From: Terriglobales bacterium
Lineage (GTDB): Bacteria; Acidobacteriota; Terriglobia; Terriglobales; Acidobacteriaceae
Direction: 5' to 3'
DNA: 64,000 nucleotides
Assembly: GCA_963788475.1 (NCBI GenBank)
Contig: CAWBGO010000005.1
Span: 10,505 to 74,504 of the forward strand
A model generated the notes under the pieces. That model was not told the origin of the DNA and ran no database searches. It worked only from the letters and a program-made list of their open reading frames with translations. This document shows, in pieces, positions 50,908 to 61,050 of this stretch (position 1 is its first letter; each line of letters starts with the position of its first letter). A program made the position numbers and the translations under genes.

Positions 50908-51131
50908 TCAGAGGTTCTGGTGCTTTTTTCCGCAACCAATGCAGGCCCGCCGCCTTTTCCTTGCCAGACCCGGCTTGTATTGCAGAACGCACAAACAAGC
51001 GCCTTGTTCCGCGTCGCCCCACATTCTGTGCAGCAATACTTCCGTCTGCCACCGCGGCCAGTCTTTTGAATCTGCGCCCCGCAAACAGGGCACAGTGTCT
51101 GATCGTGCCGTTTTTTCTTGGCAGCAGTCAC
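50908..51131 (-). CDS. Small basic multi-zinc-ribbon protein (probable 1-bp deletion near 50947)
   Basis: CPVC, CTEC and CAFC in one frame; CIGC...KHQNL* in the adjacent frame. Confidence 0.6.
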
Positions 51132-51261
51132 CTCATCCGATTCGATCTGCAAATGGCGAAGTCGTCGTGCAGATCCCGCTTTGTCGTCACTTTTCTTGCT
51201 GCTCCTGTATTTGTTCGTAATCAGTATGGGTTGCCTCCGTTTGATTCAAAGGCTAAAGCTG

Positions 51262-52042
51262 TCACTTGATCGGCTTGCCCTGGCCCAGCCACCAGGCCTT
51301 GATGAACTTCCAGTGGATGTAGACGGAGTGGTTGATATGAAGCAGCAGGCCTTCGCGGCCATCCAGAAAACCCAGGCGGAAGAAGTAGTTGTAGACAAAC
51401 GTCGCGGCTGGATTCAGAACCGCATTCCATATGAAGGCCGGGAGCGAGCGGCTGTCGCGTCCCTTGGCGTGGAGCAGGTGGGCAATCTCGGTGCTGTAGC
51501 GGTTCATGTGCTCGAGATAGACGCCCATGGTGGGATAGGCGTAGTGCAGCATGTCGTGCTTGAGCTTGCCGCGCGGCCCGTCGAACTGCGGGGTCGAGTG
51601 GGGGCCGACGCCTTCGCTCAGTCGGGCGGCGCCGCGCCGGAACAGCCGCAGCTTGCGGTCGGGATAGAAGCCGCCATGGCGCATCCAGCGCCCCAGGATC
51701 AGGTTCAGGCGCGGAATCCAGTAGGCACCGTACTTCGGCTCGCGCGGAAAGGGTCTGGCGGATTTCTTCCTGCAACTCCGGGGTGAGCACTTCGTCGGCG
51801 TCGAGGAGAAGGATCCAGTCCGACGTGCACAGGTCGAGAGCCACGTTTTTCTGTTCGCCATGGCCGCCGAAGGCGTGATAGCTGGTTTTGGCGCCGAACG
51901 ACTCGGCGATTTCGATGGTGCGGTCCTTCGAGCCCGAATCGACAACGATGATCTCGTCGGCCCACTTGACGCTTTCGAGGGTGCGAGGAAGGTTGGCCTC
52001 CTCGTTCATCGCAATCATGGCCACGGAAAGGGTCTTGCGCAT
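51262..52042 (-). CDS. GT2 glycosyltransferase (WaaE/LgtF-like; frameshift near 51745)
   Basis: LSVAMIAMNEEANL, IVVDSGS.DRT, DWILLLDADE, YPDRKLRLF, HY, LGFLDG..G. Confidence 0.92.
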
Positions 52043-52096
52043 CGAGGGAAGGATAAATGACGCCCCGTTCGATGCCGCGTGGCGGATGATAGGTCC

Positions 52097-52765
52097 ATGA
52101 AGGTTCTGATCTTCGGCGCGACGGGGATGGTGGGGCAGGGGGTGCTGCGGGAGTGCCTGCTTGACCCTGAGGTGGAACGAGTGGTCACCGTGGGGCGATC
52201 CGGCAGCGGCGGCCAAAACCCCAAGCTGATGGAGATCGTTCATGCGGATATGCTGGACTACTCTACGATCGAGTCGAGCCTGACCGGGATCGACGCCTGC
52301 TTCTTTTGCCTGGGCGTCTCGTCGAGCGGGATGAAGGAGGCTGACTATGCACGCGTAAGCTACGGCTTTACGCTGGCCGCCGCCGAGGTGCTTAGCCGGC
52401 TCAACCCCGGCATGACATTCATCTATGTTTCCGGAGCGGGGACCGACAGCACAGAGAAAGGCCGCGTGATGTGGGCCCGGGTCAAGGGCAGGACGGAGAA
52501 TGCCCTGCTGCGCCTGCCGCTTAAGGCCTACATGTTCCGTCCGGGGGTGATCCAGCCGCTGGATGGGATCCGGTCGAAGACTCCTGCCTACCGCATGCTT
52601 TATGCACTGTTCAAGCCGTTGTTTCCCCTGGTGCGATGGCTGATGCCGAACCAGGTTGTCACCACGCGTGAAGTCGGGCGGGCCATGCTGGAGGTGACCC
52701 GGAAGGGATACCCCACACGGATTCTCGAACCGAAAGATATCCTCATCGCTGCAAGGTCCATCTAG
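52097..52765 (+). CDS. NAD(P)-binding epimerase-like (TIP30/YraR-type) protein
   Basis: VLIFGATGMVGQG, CFFCLG, YVSG, WARVKG..E, FRPG. Confidence 0.88.
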   Translation: MKVLIFGATGMVGQGVLRECLLDPEVERVVTVGRSGSGGQNPKLMEIVHADMLDYSTIESSLTGIDACFFCLGVSSSGMKEADYARVSYGFTLAAAEVLSRLNPGMTFIYVSGAGTDSTEKGRVMWARVKGRTENALLRLPLKAYMFRPGVIQPLDGIRSKTPAYRMLYALFKPLFPLVRWLMPNQVVTTREVGRAMLEVTRKGYPTRILEPKDILIAARSI

Positions 52766-52841
52766 ATCAGAAGATGGCGGATGGGGCCGGAAGGAAACTA
52801 CAGAAGCCCCGTGTTAGAGTGGGATTCCACGGGGGTGGGCG

Positions 52842-54050
52842 ATGGCGGCTGGAATTCAGCTTCCCGGCAACAACGAAACCATAGACTTACAGCAACAGGT
52901 CTTCCGCCTGCAGGCGTTGCTCGAGGCCTCGCGGCAGGTGCACTCCACCATCCGCGAAGAGGAGGTCCTGGAGTCGGTTCTGCGCATCGTGGTGCGGGAA
53001 CTGGAGATGGCGGGCGCGGCGTTTCCGAGCTCGGGACTGTTGTATGGTGCCCGCATCGACTGGATTCCCGTGCCCACTGCTGCCGCTGGCGAAACCGGCA
53101 AAGACGGCGAGTCTTCCGGGTCCCCCATCGTGCCGGTGTTTCCGCTGACGGATCGTGACGGACGCCGAATGACAGAGCTGGTGGTCAAGACGCCCGACGA
53201 TCGGCCGCTGACCATCTACGAAGCCGACTTCCTCGAAGGACTGGCGCTGCAGGCCGCGGTGGCCCTTGAAAACGCCCGCAACCACAAGCGCAACGTGGAG
53301 TTTGCCCGCGTGCAGCAGGACCTGGATGCGGCCCGGAACATCCAGCGTTCGCTGCTTCCGCAGGAGATGCCGAAGATCGAAGGCTACTCCCTGGGATACC
53401 GCTCCATGACCTGCTACGAAGTGGGGGGCGACTACCTGGATATCCTTACCCAGCCCGATGGAACCGTAGTGATGGCGGTGGCCGATGTGGCCGGCAAGGG
53501 GCTGGCTTCGGCCATCATGTCCACCAGCTTCCGATCCGCATTTCGGGCCATGGCTTTCGACGACGTGCCCCTCGATGAACTGGCGACGCGCATGAACCAG
53601 CATCACTGGATGGACGGCGAGGAAGCACGGCGGAAGTACGTTACGGCCATCTTCCTCCGCCTCTTCCCCCAGGCGGGCGAAATCGAGGTGGTCAACGCCG
53701 GGCACAATCCGGGATTCGGCGTTCATCCCGACGGCAGCACCTGCCTGTTTGAATCGGTCGGAACCCCTCTGGGCATGTTGCCGGGGATGCGCTACACGAG
53801 CGAGCGGTGTTCCTTTCCGAGGGGCTCGCGCATGCTGTTCTATACCGATGGGCTGACCGAAGCCTTCCGCGGGGATGAAGAATTTGGTCCAGAACGACTT
53901 ATGGAACATTTTTCTCAATGTCCGGCGCCCAAAGCCGATGATATTCTCGATGCATTGTGGACAGCTATCGGGGAGTTTGTTGAGGGCGGCCCGCAGGGGG
54001 ACGACATGACAGCATTGGTGCTTTGCCGCATCGCGGAGTCAGCGGCATGA
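52842..54050 (+). CDS. RsbU/SpoIIE-like PP2C phosphatase with short GAF-like N-terminal domain
   Basis: AAVALENAR linker, IQRSLLP, VGGDYLD, ADVAGKG, NAGH, YTDGLTEA, DDMT. Confidence 0.92.
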   Translation: MAAGIQLPGNNETIDLQQQVFRLQALLEASRQVHSTIREEEVLESVLRIVVRELEMAGAAFPSSGLLYGARIDWIPVPTAAAGETGKDGESSGSPIVPVFPLTDRDGRRMTELVVKTPDDRPLTIYEADFLEGLALQAAVALENARNHKRNVEFARVQQDLDAARNIQRSLLPQEMPKIEGYSLGYRSMTCYEVGGDYLDILTQPDGTVVMAVADVAGKGLASAIMSTSFRSAFRAMAFDDVPLDELATRMNQHHWMDGEEARRKYVTAIFLRLFPQAGEIEVVNAGHNPGFGVHPDGSTCLFESVGTPLGMLPGMRYTSERCSFPRGSRMLFYTDGLTEAFRGDEEFGPERLMEHFSQCPAPKADDILDALWTAIGEFVEGGPQGDDMTALVLCRIAESAA

Positions 54051-54505
54051 GCGGCGCCAAGGCCGCCGTCAAAGCGACCACGGTGGAGGTGCGCCTGCCT
54101 TCGCGGCTGGGCTATGAAAAGGTGGCCATGAGCACCGCGGCCGCTGTCGCCAAGCTGATGGGTTTTCGCGAAGACCGGGTGGAAGATCTGAAGACGGCTG
54201 TCGCCGAGGCGTGCATCAACGCCATGGAACACGGCAACCGATTGAACGAAGGCCTGTCCGTTGGCGTAGTACTCTCTGCGGGGCCCGGCGCGCTGGAGGT
54301 CAAGGTCATCGACGACGGCAAGGGCATGAAGGGCCTGCCCCCCAAGGTGGATATCGACCGCAAGATTCACGGCGAGGAAGACCCCCGCGGCATGGGCATG
54401 TTTCTGATCCAGGCGCTGGTCGACGAGGCCGAATGGGTGGCCGGCGCCAATGGGAGAGCCAGTTATGTTCGGCTCGTGATCCGGCTGGATCCTCCCTCCC
54501 AATAG
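54047..54505 (+). CDS. RsbW-like anti-sigma Ser kinase (HATPase_c)
   Basis: AVAEACINAMEHGN, DDGKG, RGMGMFLIQALVD; ATGA overlap with the phosphatase gene. Confidence 0.92.
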   Translation: MSGAKAAVKATTVEVRLPSRLGYEKVAMSTAAAVAKLMGFREDRVEDLKTAVAEACINAMEHGNRLNEGLSVGVVLSAGPGALEVKVIDDGKGMKGLPPKVDIDRKIHGEEDPRGMGMFLIQALVDEAEWVAGANGRASYVRLVIRLDPPSQ

Positions 54506-54531
54506 AACAAGACATACGGAGACGATCGATT

Positions 54532-54891
54532 GTGCAGAGCGAAACCAAATCGCGTGTAGACCAGATAACTTCCCCGGCCGGACATCCGGTCAGTGTCCTG
54601 CGCTTTGAGGGCGACATCGCCAGCACTTCGAAGGAAGCCGTGCTGGGAACCTATCAAGCGCTGCCCAAGCAAACCACCAAGCTGATCCTGCTCGACTTCA
54701 GCAAGGTGGACTACATCAACTCCAGCGGCATTGCGCTGGTGATCCAGTTGCTGATCGAGGCCGCCAACGCCGGCCAGAAGGTGTTTGCCTACGGGCTTTC
54801 GCCGCACTTCACCAAGGTGTTCACGATGGTGGGCATCACCAAGTACGCCGGGCTCTTCTCCGGCCAGCAGGAAGCTCTCGCGGCGCTGTAG
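54532..54891 (+). CDS. STAS-domain anti-sigma antagonist (RsbV-like)
   Basis: EGDI, LLDFSKVDYINSSGIALV, VFTMVG; GGAG RBS before GTG. Confidence 0.88.
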   Translation: MQSETKSRVDQITSPAGHPVSVLRFEGDIASTSKEAVLGTYQALPKQTTKLILLDFSKVDYINSSGIALVIQLLIEAANAGQKVFAYGLSPHFTKVFTMVGITKYAGLFSGQQEALAAL

Positions 54892-54953
54892 GCCGCGGGG
54901 CACGGCATTGTGCAAGCATCAGCAACCGGTTGGATTGGACTGGCTAGATCTCC

Positions 54954-55704
54954 ATGCGCGCGCTCGTCCTCTCCGACATCCATGCCAACCTCGAAGCTCT
55001 CGAAGCCGTCCTGGCTGCGGCGCCGCCCCATGACGTGGTCTGGAACCTGGGCGATGTAGTCGGTTACGGCGCCAGTCCCAATGAAGTGATCGATCGGGTG
55101 CAACGGCTTGGGAACCTCGTGGTGCGCGGCAATCACGACCGGGCAAGCGGGGGTCTTGCGGTGTTCGATTTTAGCGAGAATGCGAAGGTGGCGATCCAAT
55201 GGACGGAGAGCATTCTTGAGGACCACCACCGGGAGTGGCTGCGCAGTCTGGCTATGGGCCCGGTGACCCCGGAGGACTCGGCCGTGAGCTGCGTCCACGG
55301 TTCGCCCTGCGATGAAGACGAGTATCTTTTCACGCTCGACGATGCGTCGCCTTCGCTCCGGGCCGCGCCGACCCCCATCACATTCTTCGGCCACACCCAT
55401 CGCCAGGTTGGGTTCGCCGCCGGCGACTACACGCAGACCCGTTTCCAGCCGGAATACAATCTCCCCACCGAGCCGGAGCAATTCCCTGTGCAGCTTCGAA
55501 GCGGATATCGCTATCTGCTCAATCCCGGTTCGGTCGGCCAGCCCCGCGATGCCGACTGGCGCGCCGCCTTCGCCGTCTACGACGACGAGCAGTCTCTCTT
55601 CACCTGGCACCGTGTTCCATACGACGTGGCGGAGGCGCAGCGCCGCATCCGGGAGGCCGGTCTTCCCGGACGCGCTTGCCTATCGCCTGGAACGGGGCTT
55701 CTGA
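54954..55704 (+). CDS. Calcineurin-like metallophosphoesterase (frameshift near 55667)
   Basis: SDIHAN, LGDVVGYG, RGNHD, VHGSP, GHTH, NPGSVGQPRD; end ...LAYRLERGF* is in another frame. Confidence 0.9.
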
Positions 55705-55773
55705 GGGATGATCCCGTCACCCTCGTTGCGTTGACGCAGATCGCAACCGTCAATGCCGCTATAGAATGCCCGT

Positions 55774-56955
55774 ATGAACCTGGACGCGATTCAGTCGGCG
55801 CTGCGCGAGGCCGGCCACGACGGCTGGCTGTTCTACGATCATCATCATCGCGATCCCATCGGCGAGCGCATTCTGGGCCTCGACCCCAAGGCGCATATTA
55901 CCCGCCGCTGGTACTACTACGTGCCTGCCGAAGGGGAGCCGCGCAAACTGGTGCACCGCATCGAACAAGGGCGGCTCGATTCGCTGCCCGGCAGCAAAGG
56001 CCTCTATTCCAGCTGGCAGGAGTTGGCTGCCGGACTTGAAGTGATGCTCAGGGGCGCCACGCGCCTGGCCATGCAGTATTCGCCCGACAACGCCATCATG
56101 TACGTGTCGATGGTGGATGCCGGGACGGTGGAATTCCTGCGCCGGACCGGCAAACAGATTGTAAGTTCGGCGGACCTGGTGAGCCAGTTTGAGGCGGTCC
56201 TGAGCGAAGAGCAGATCGCCAGCCATGGCGTGGCCCAAAAGGCCATCGACATCATTCTCGAAGAGGCGTGGCGCAAGATCGGGCGAACCCTGCGCCCCGC
56301 GTCCGGAAGTCCCGGCGAACTGACCGAATTCGCCATGGTTCAGTTTCTGAGCGATGCCATGCGCTGCGAGGGCCTGGTGTGGGAGAACGGGCCCAACGTC
56401 AGCGTGAATGCGAACTGTTCCGACTCCCACTATGAGCCGACCGCGGAGCACACCGCGCCCATCCGGCCGGGCGACTTCGTTCTGATCGACATCTGGGGAC
56501 GCCTGAACAAGCCGGGCACCGTTTTTTACGACATCACCTGGACAGGCGTGGTTGGCCGCGAACCGAAAGAGCGCGAGCAGCAGGTGTTCGAGACCGTGCG
56601 CAATGCGCGCGATGCCGCCATCGGCGCGGTGGAGAAGGCGTTCGCCGCGGGGCGCCCGATTCGCGGTTTCGAGGCCGACGATGCTGCCCGGGCCGTCATT
56701 CGCAACGCCGGATTCGGTGAGTACTTCACCCATCGAACCGGGCACAATATCGCGCAGGAGATTCATGGGCCCGGCGCGCACCTCGACAACCTCGAGACGC
56801 ACGACGAACGGCTGCTGCTGCCCAACACGTGCTTCTCGGTCGAGCCCGGCATTTACCTGCCGGAATTCGGAGTGCGCAGCGAAGTGGACATGTTGACGGG
56901 GCCGGGGAAGGCCTGGGTCACGGGCAAAATCCAGAGAGATCTGGTTCGCATTTAG
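55774..56955 (+). CDS. M24 (Xaa-Pro) metallopeptidase
   Basis: SHY, LIDIW, YDITW, FTHRTGH, FSVEPGIY, GVRSE. Confidence 0.92.
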   Translation: MNLDAIQSALREAGHDGWLFYDHHHRDPIGERILGLDPKAHITRRWYYYVPAEGEPRKLVHRIEQGRLDSLPGSKGLYSSWQELAAGLEVMLRGATRLAMQYSPDNAIMYVSMVDAGTVEFLRRTGKQIVSSADLVSQFEAVLSEEQIASHGVAQKAIDIILEEAWRKIGRTLRPASGSPGELTEFAMVQFLSDAMRCEGLVWENGPNVSVNANCSDSHYEPTAEHTAPIRPGDFVLIDIWGRLNKPGTVFYDITWTGVVGREPKEREQQVFETVRNARDAAIGAVEKAFAAGRPIRGFEADDAARAVIRNAGFGEYFTHRTGHNIAQEIHGPGAHLDNLETHDERLLLPNTCFSVEPGIYLPEFGVRSEVDMLTGPGKAWVTGKIQRDLVRI

Positions 56956-56967
56956 GAAGGCAGAGCG

Positions 56968-57516
56968 ATGAGCACTTCGGCCGTAGTCAAGGCGAAGCGA
57001 TTTCTTGTCAACCGGATCGTGGATCAGGCGAAGCGAGTGGATGTGCCTCTGACCGAGGCCGAGATTGCCATGCTTGGGTTCGCGGAGGCTTCCGCCAGTC
57101 AAAAGGACCTGGAAGCCCGGGCTATCTTCAAGCGGGATTACGATGACGAAAAGTACGAAGCGAAAATCACAAAGCTGCTTCGCGATGTGTACGAACTGGA
57201 TAAGAAAATCGGCAGGGACGAGATCTGGGAACAGTCGTTGAACAGCGTGGCCGATGATGACGAAGACATGTATCTTGCCCTGATCCTCAAAAAAGCCGGT
57301 CTCCGCGAACCTCCCCAGCCCTGGTATCTGCCCGACTGGAGAACGGTGCGGGAACTCGCGCCCACCATCGCGCTGGTGCTGGCCGGCATCGTCGTGGTCT
57401 TTACTCCGTTCGGAGTCAACCTCGTTCCCAATCCCATTTTGCGCGTGGTGGTGGCTCTTTGTTTCTGGGTCGCTCCGCTGCTGATCAACAAGCTCACCGA
57501 TAAACAGGTGGAATAG
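56968..57516 (+). CDS. Hypothetical protein with two C-terminal TM helices
   Basis: Charged helical N-domain (DYDDEKYEAKITKLL) followed by two hydrophobic segments; follows the M24 gene by 12 bp. Confidence 0.75.
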   Translation: MSTSAVVKAKRFLVNRIVDQAKRVDVPLTEAEIAMLGFAEASASQKDLEARAIFKRDYDDEKYEAKITKLLRDVYELDKKIGRDEIWEQSLNSVADDDEDMYLALILKKAGLREPPQPWYLPDWRTVRELAPTIALVLAGIVVVFTPFGVNLVPNPILRVVVALCFWVAPLLINKLTDKQVE

Positions 57517-57581
57517 CGCGCGCAGATTCGATCGAAGTGAACAGGCCGGCTCGATCTCCCCATGACACCGGCTCCAGATTG

Positions 57582-57637
57582 GTTCGGGCTTCCCACCTTA
57601 GCGACAAAAACAAATACGTCGCGAAGGTGGGGCACCC
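57582..57637 (+). repeat. Family-A palindromic repeat
   Basis: GTTCGGGCTTCCCACCTTAGCGAC-AAAAACAAATAC-GTCGCGAAGGTGGGGCACCC. Confidence 0.88.
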
Positions 57638-57668
57638 CAACAGTTTCAGACCGGTCCGATCTCAGGAC

Positions 57669-57700
57669 AAAAAGAACACCGGCCGAGTTCCGGCCGTTGT
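57669..57700 (-). terminator. Intrinsic terminator downstream of the pullulanase gene
   Basis: Minus-strand CGGCCG-GAACT-CGGCCG hairpin followed by GTGTTCTTTTT. Confidence 0.55.
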
Positions 57701-57745
57701 GAGTTGTGGACACAAGCGCCGCGCCTGTGCGGTTAACGCGACTGC

Positions 57746-60700
57746 CTACTGGACAAACACCGCGGTCGTGAGCGCGGGAACATTGACTGTTCCCTGCTGG
57801 CCGTTGAAGGTGGACTGCTTCACGATCGGGTCAGCGGAGTTGAGCAGCACCGGATGCAAATGCAGGTGCAGGCCGGCAAGGTGTGCATCGGTAAAGTTGA
57901 TGGTTGAATTGGTCGCATTGAATACGACCAGGACGTGGTTGAAGCCGCTGTAGTGCCCGGCATTGTCATCGAGCTTCATGGCAATGAGCCCCGGCGCCTG
58001 GTTCTGGCCGGTGTTGAGGAACGTGAGGTTCTGCTGGATATCCGACAGGCCCGCCATGCGGAAGAGTCCGGAGCTGTAGCGGATGCGCATGAAGTCCTGG
58101 AATGCTGCCGTTGTGCTGGCGATGTTGGCCGGTTGCGGGGTGAGGGCGGGGTTGGCGAGGAGAGGCTGCTGGAACGCCCATTGTGCAGCGTTCTGGCTGG
58201 ACATGGGCAAGCCGATGCCCCAGTTTGCGGTCTGGCCGCTCCAGTCGATTTTGTTGAACCAATCGCCGGAGTCGTAGCTGTTCTGGTCCATGTCCTTGGA
58301 ACGGAGCATGTCGTCGGCTGCGTAGAAGAAGGGAATGCCCTGGCCAAGTTCAACCAGGCTCATGGCCAGCACCTGCCGCCGCGCGCGGGTTGCGATGTTG
58401 TCGGTTTCGCTCGACTTCAGCTGCACCGCATCGAAGAGGTCCTGATTGTCGTGGACGGAGCAGTAGTTGATCACTTCAATCGGCGTCCTGGTGTATCCGG
58501 CGGCCTGGCCGTTGTAGTCCACCTGGGCTCCGGTAACGGTCGTGCCGGAACTGTTGATGAACGTGTAGTCGCGCAGGTTGCCGGTAAGGGCCACCCGGAT
58601 CCAATCGGACTCCTGCAGCAACTGGTTCTGTTGATCGGATGAGCTTGTGTTGCTGTTGGTGAAGAAGCTCGGATCGGTGAAGAGGCCGGTGGCGAATCCC
58701 TGCACGCGCTCATCGGAGAAAGGACCGCCGCCGCGGACGCCGTCGCGCATGCGGTCATTGAATGTGCCGATGCCGTATCCGTAGAGGTTGGCCTGGCGCG
58801 CGCTGGGTCCGATCTGATCATTCCCCGTGTCGCCGAAGTTCCAGCCTTCGCCGTAGAGGTAGATCTTCGAGCCATCGATGCCGCTGTTTTGCAGGAGTGA
58901 GGGCGGCAAGCGCCTGCTGGATGTTCCTCATGTTGTAGGTGAAGTGGAAGTTCATGATGTCGAAGCGGAAGCCGTCGATCTTGTACTGGCGCGCATTCAG
59001 CACAAGAGTGTCGATCATCAGCTTTTCCATCATGCGGTGTTCGCTGGCCGTATCTGCACAGCAGGACCCCGTTTCGAGCCTGCCGCCTGCATCGAGACGG
59101 TGATAGTATCCCGGCACGACCTCGTCGAGATTGGAGTTTGGACCTTCGCCCGAGGCATTGGTGTGATTGAAGACGACATCCTGGATGACGCGCAGCCCTG
59201 CGCCATGAAGACCCTCGACCATGGTTCGATATTCGAGCACGCGATCATCCGGATTGACGGCGTAGCTGCCTTCCGGGGTCATGAAGTGCACGGGATCGTA
59301 GCCCCAGTTGTAGCCATCCGCGCCCTGAATGCCGATCACGGCCTGTTGCTGCTCGGCGCCGTCGGGCGGATACATGGAGAGGTCGCCGGTGGTCTGCCAG
59401 GTGGATTGGTCTTCGTTCACGCTGGCGAAATGGAACGAGGGCATGATGTGCACGGCCTTCAGCCCGCTCTGCGCCAGGGCACGAAGATGCTTCATGCCGT
59501 TGGAGTTTTGATCGTTGAAAGCTCCGTACCTGCCGCGGTCCTGGGCAGGCACGGTGGTGTCATTGATGCTGAAGTCGCGGATGTGAAGCTCGTAGATGCT
59601 CATATCCCCCAGGCTGTGGAGAGGCGGCGCATCTGATTCATCCCAGCCTGCGGGTTTTGTGGCGCCGGCGTCGAGGTTGGTGATGCGGCTCTTGCCGCCG
59701 TTCACGGAGATATCGATCGAGTAGGGGTCCGTGGTCAGGTTCGAGTCGACCGCGTGATCTCCCGGCACGTAGACGCTGACACTGTAGAGGTAGTACTTGC
59801 CCTCCCAGCTCCGGTTGCCGTTCGCCACCCAGACGCCGTTCGACTGCCGCATGGGGATGATGGCGGCGGGCGAAGTGTCGTCGGCCTGGTTGAATATCTG
59901 GAGCGACACGCTCTGCGCCGTTGGAGCCCACAGCTTGATCTGAATGGGAGCGAGCTCTGAGTCATCGGAGTGAAAGATGACGCCGAGCTTGCCGGAATAA
60001 TCGTAGAGGTCGTCGAGGACGCCGCCGATTTGAATGCCGGTCGCGTATTTGAGGGTGCTGGTCGAGTCGACCGCGGACACGGCGACCTGGCCCCTGAGGT
60101 ATTGCTGGATCGTAGCGAGTGGCGCGCTCCTCGGCACCTGGAGCACGGCATACCCGGCAAGTTGCGGATAGCGCATCAACTCATCGGCCGTGAGCGCTCC
60201 ACCCTGCACGAGTTGCAGAGAGGTTCCGCCGGTGACGCCGGAATCGCCGAGCTGCAGCCCGCCTGATGGGCTTGCGTTGAGAAAGTAGGTCCAGCTGGAT
60301 TGAAAATACTGCGGCTGAATGGCAAGGCGATGACGATCGAGCCAGTACGCCTGCTGCTCCTGGAATACGCCATTGAGTATCTGCTGCGGCGTGGGTTGGG
60401 TCGTGTAGATGGTGTTGTCACCCGAAATGACCCAGGCCTCGTTGTACAGCAGGATGTTGAGGTGCATGTCGGGGCCCGGGTCTTTCACGTTCAACGCGCA
60501 GTTGTGAATGATGAAGCCCAGATCGCCGACGGGGTTACCCCAGGCGGGATTGACCGTGACGTCCCAGTACGCGCCGTAGTCGTCGGTCCCGGCCGTATTG
60601 AGCTCGGTGGAGCACCACGTGGTCTGATTTTCAGTGGAGACGTTCCATGTCCACATCGTCCACCCGGTGAAATTGTTGTCGGGGCGAAAATAGTGGATGC

Positions 60701-60833
60701 GGACGGATCCCGCGGGAATGGGTGGGTCGGTTGCGGCAAGCGCCGGCACTGCAATGCCGGTACAAATGAAAAGCACGGACAGTGTCCATGCGAGCCTCGG
60801 AAGGCGCAACAGGGAAGCTTTTTTTGTTGTCAT
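57746..60833 (-). CDS. Secreted pullulanase-type alpha-1,6-glucosidase (GH13 with CBM41/CBM48; frameshift near 58890)
   Basis: RIHY.RPD, LWAPTA, DPYS, IYELHIRDFS, YNWGYDP, DVVFNHT, DGFRFDIM, YGEGWNFG, HDNQ, RSKDMD.NSYDSGDWFN. Confidence 0.94.
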
Positions 60834-60919
60834 CACCGGTCCTCTTGCAAGTCGATAATTCACTAGCTCGAGAGAGGCCGTTCCGAGGGCGCGGATAGAG
60901 TCCCCCGGTGGCGCCGCGA

Positions 60920-60948
60920 AGTATAGCCCCCGGGGGAAGCGCTGTCCA
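60920..60948 (-). promoter_or_regulatory. Sigma70 promoter TGGACA-N17-TATACT overlapped by a LacI-type operator-like site
   Basis: GGACAGCGCTTCCC imperfect palindrome with central AGCGCT overlaps the -35 and spacer. Confidence 0.55.
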
Positions 60949-60982
60949 GCATGGGCATCCGGGCTCGGCTGGATCCTTTGGG

Positions 60983-61039
60983 GTTCGTGCTATCCCACCC
61001 TGGCGACAAGAACAAAGACGTCGCGAGGATGGGGAACCC
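60983..61039 (+). repeat. Family-A palindromic repeat
   Basis: GTTCGTGCTATCCCACCCTGGCGAC-AAGAACAAAGAC-GTCGCGAGGATGGGGAACCC. Confidence 0.88.
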
Positions 61040-61050
61040 AGAGTTGGGGA

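Noticed and set aside
3999-61039. Recurring palindromes as a CRISPR array or integron attC sites
   Set aside because: They are dispersed singly, with no regular spacers, no cas or intI gene, and no consistent RYYYAAC/GTTRRRY cassette boundaries.
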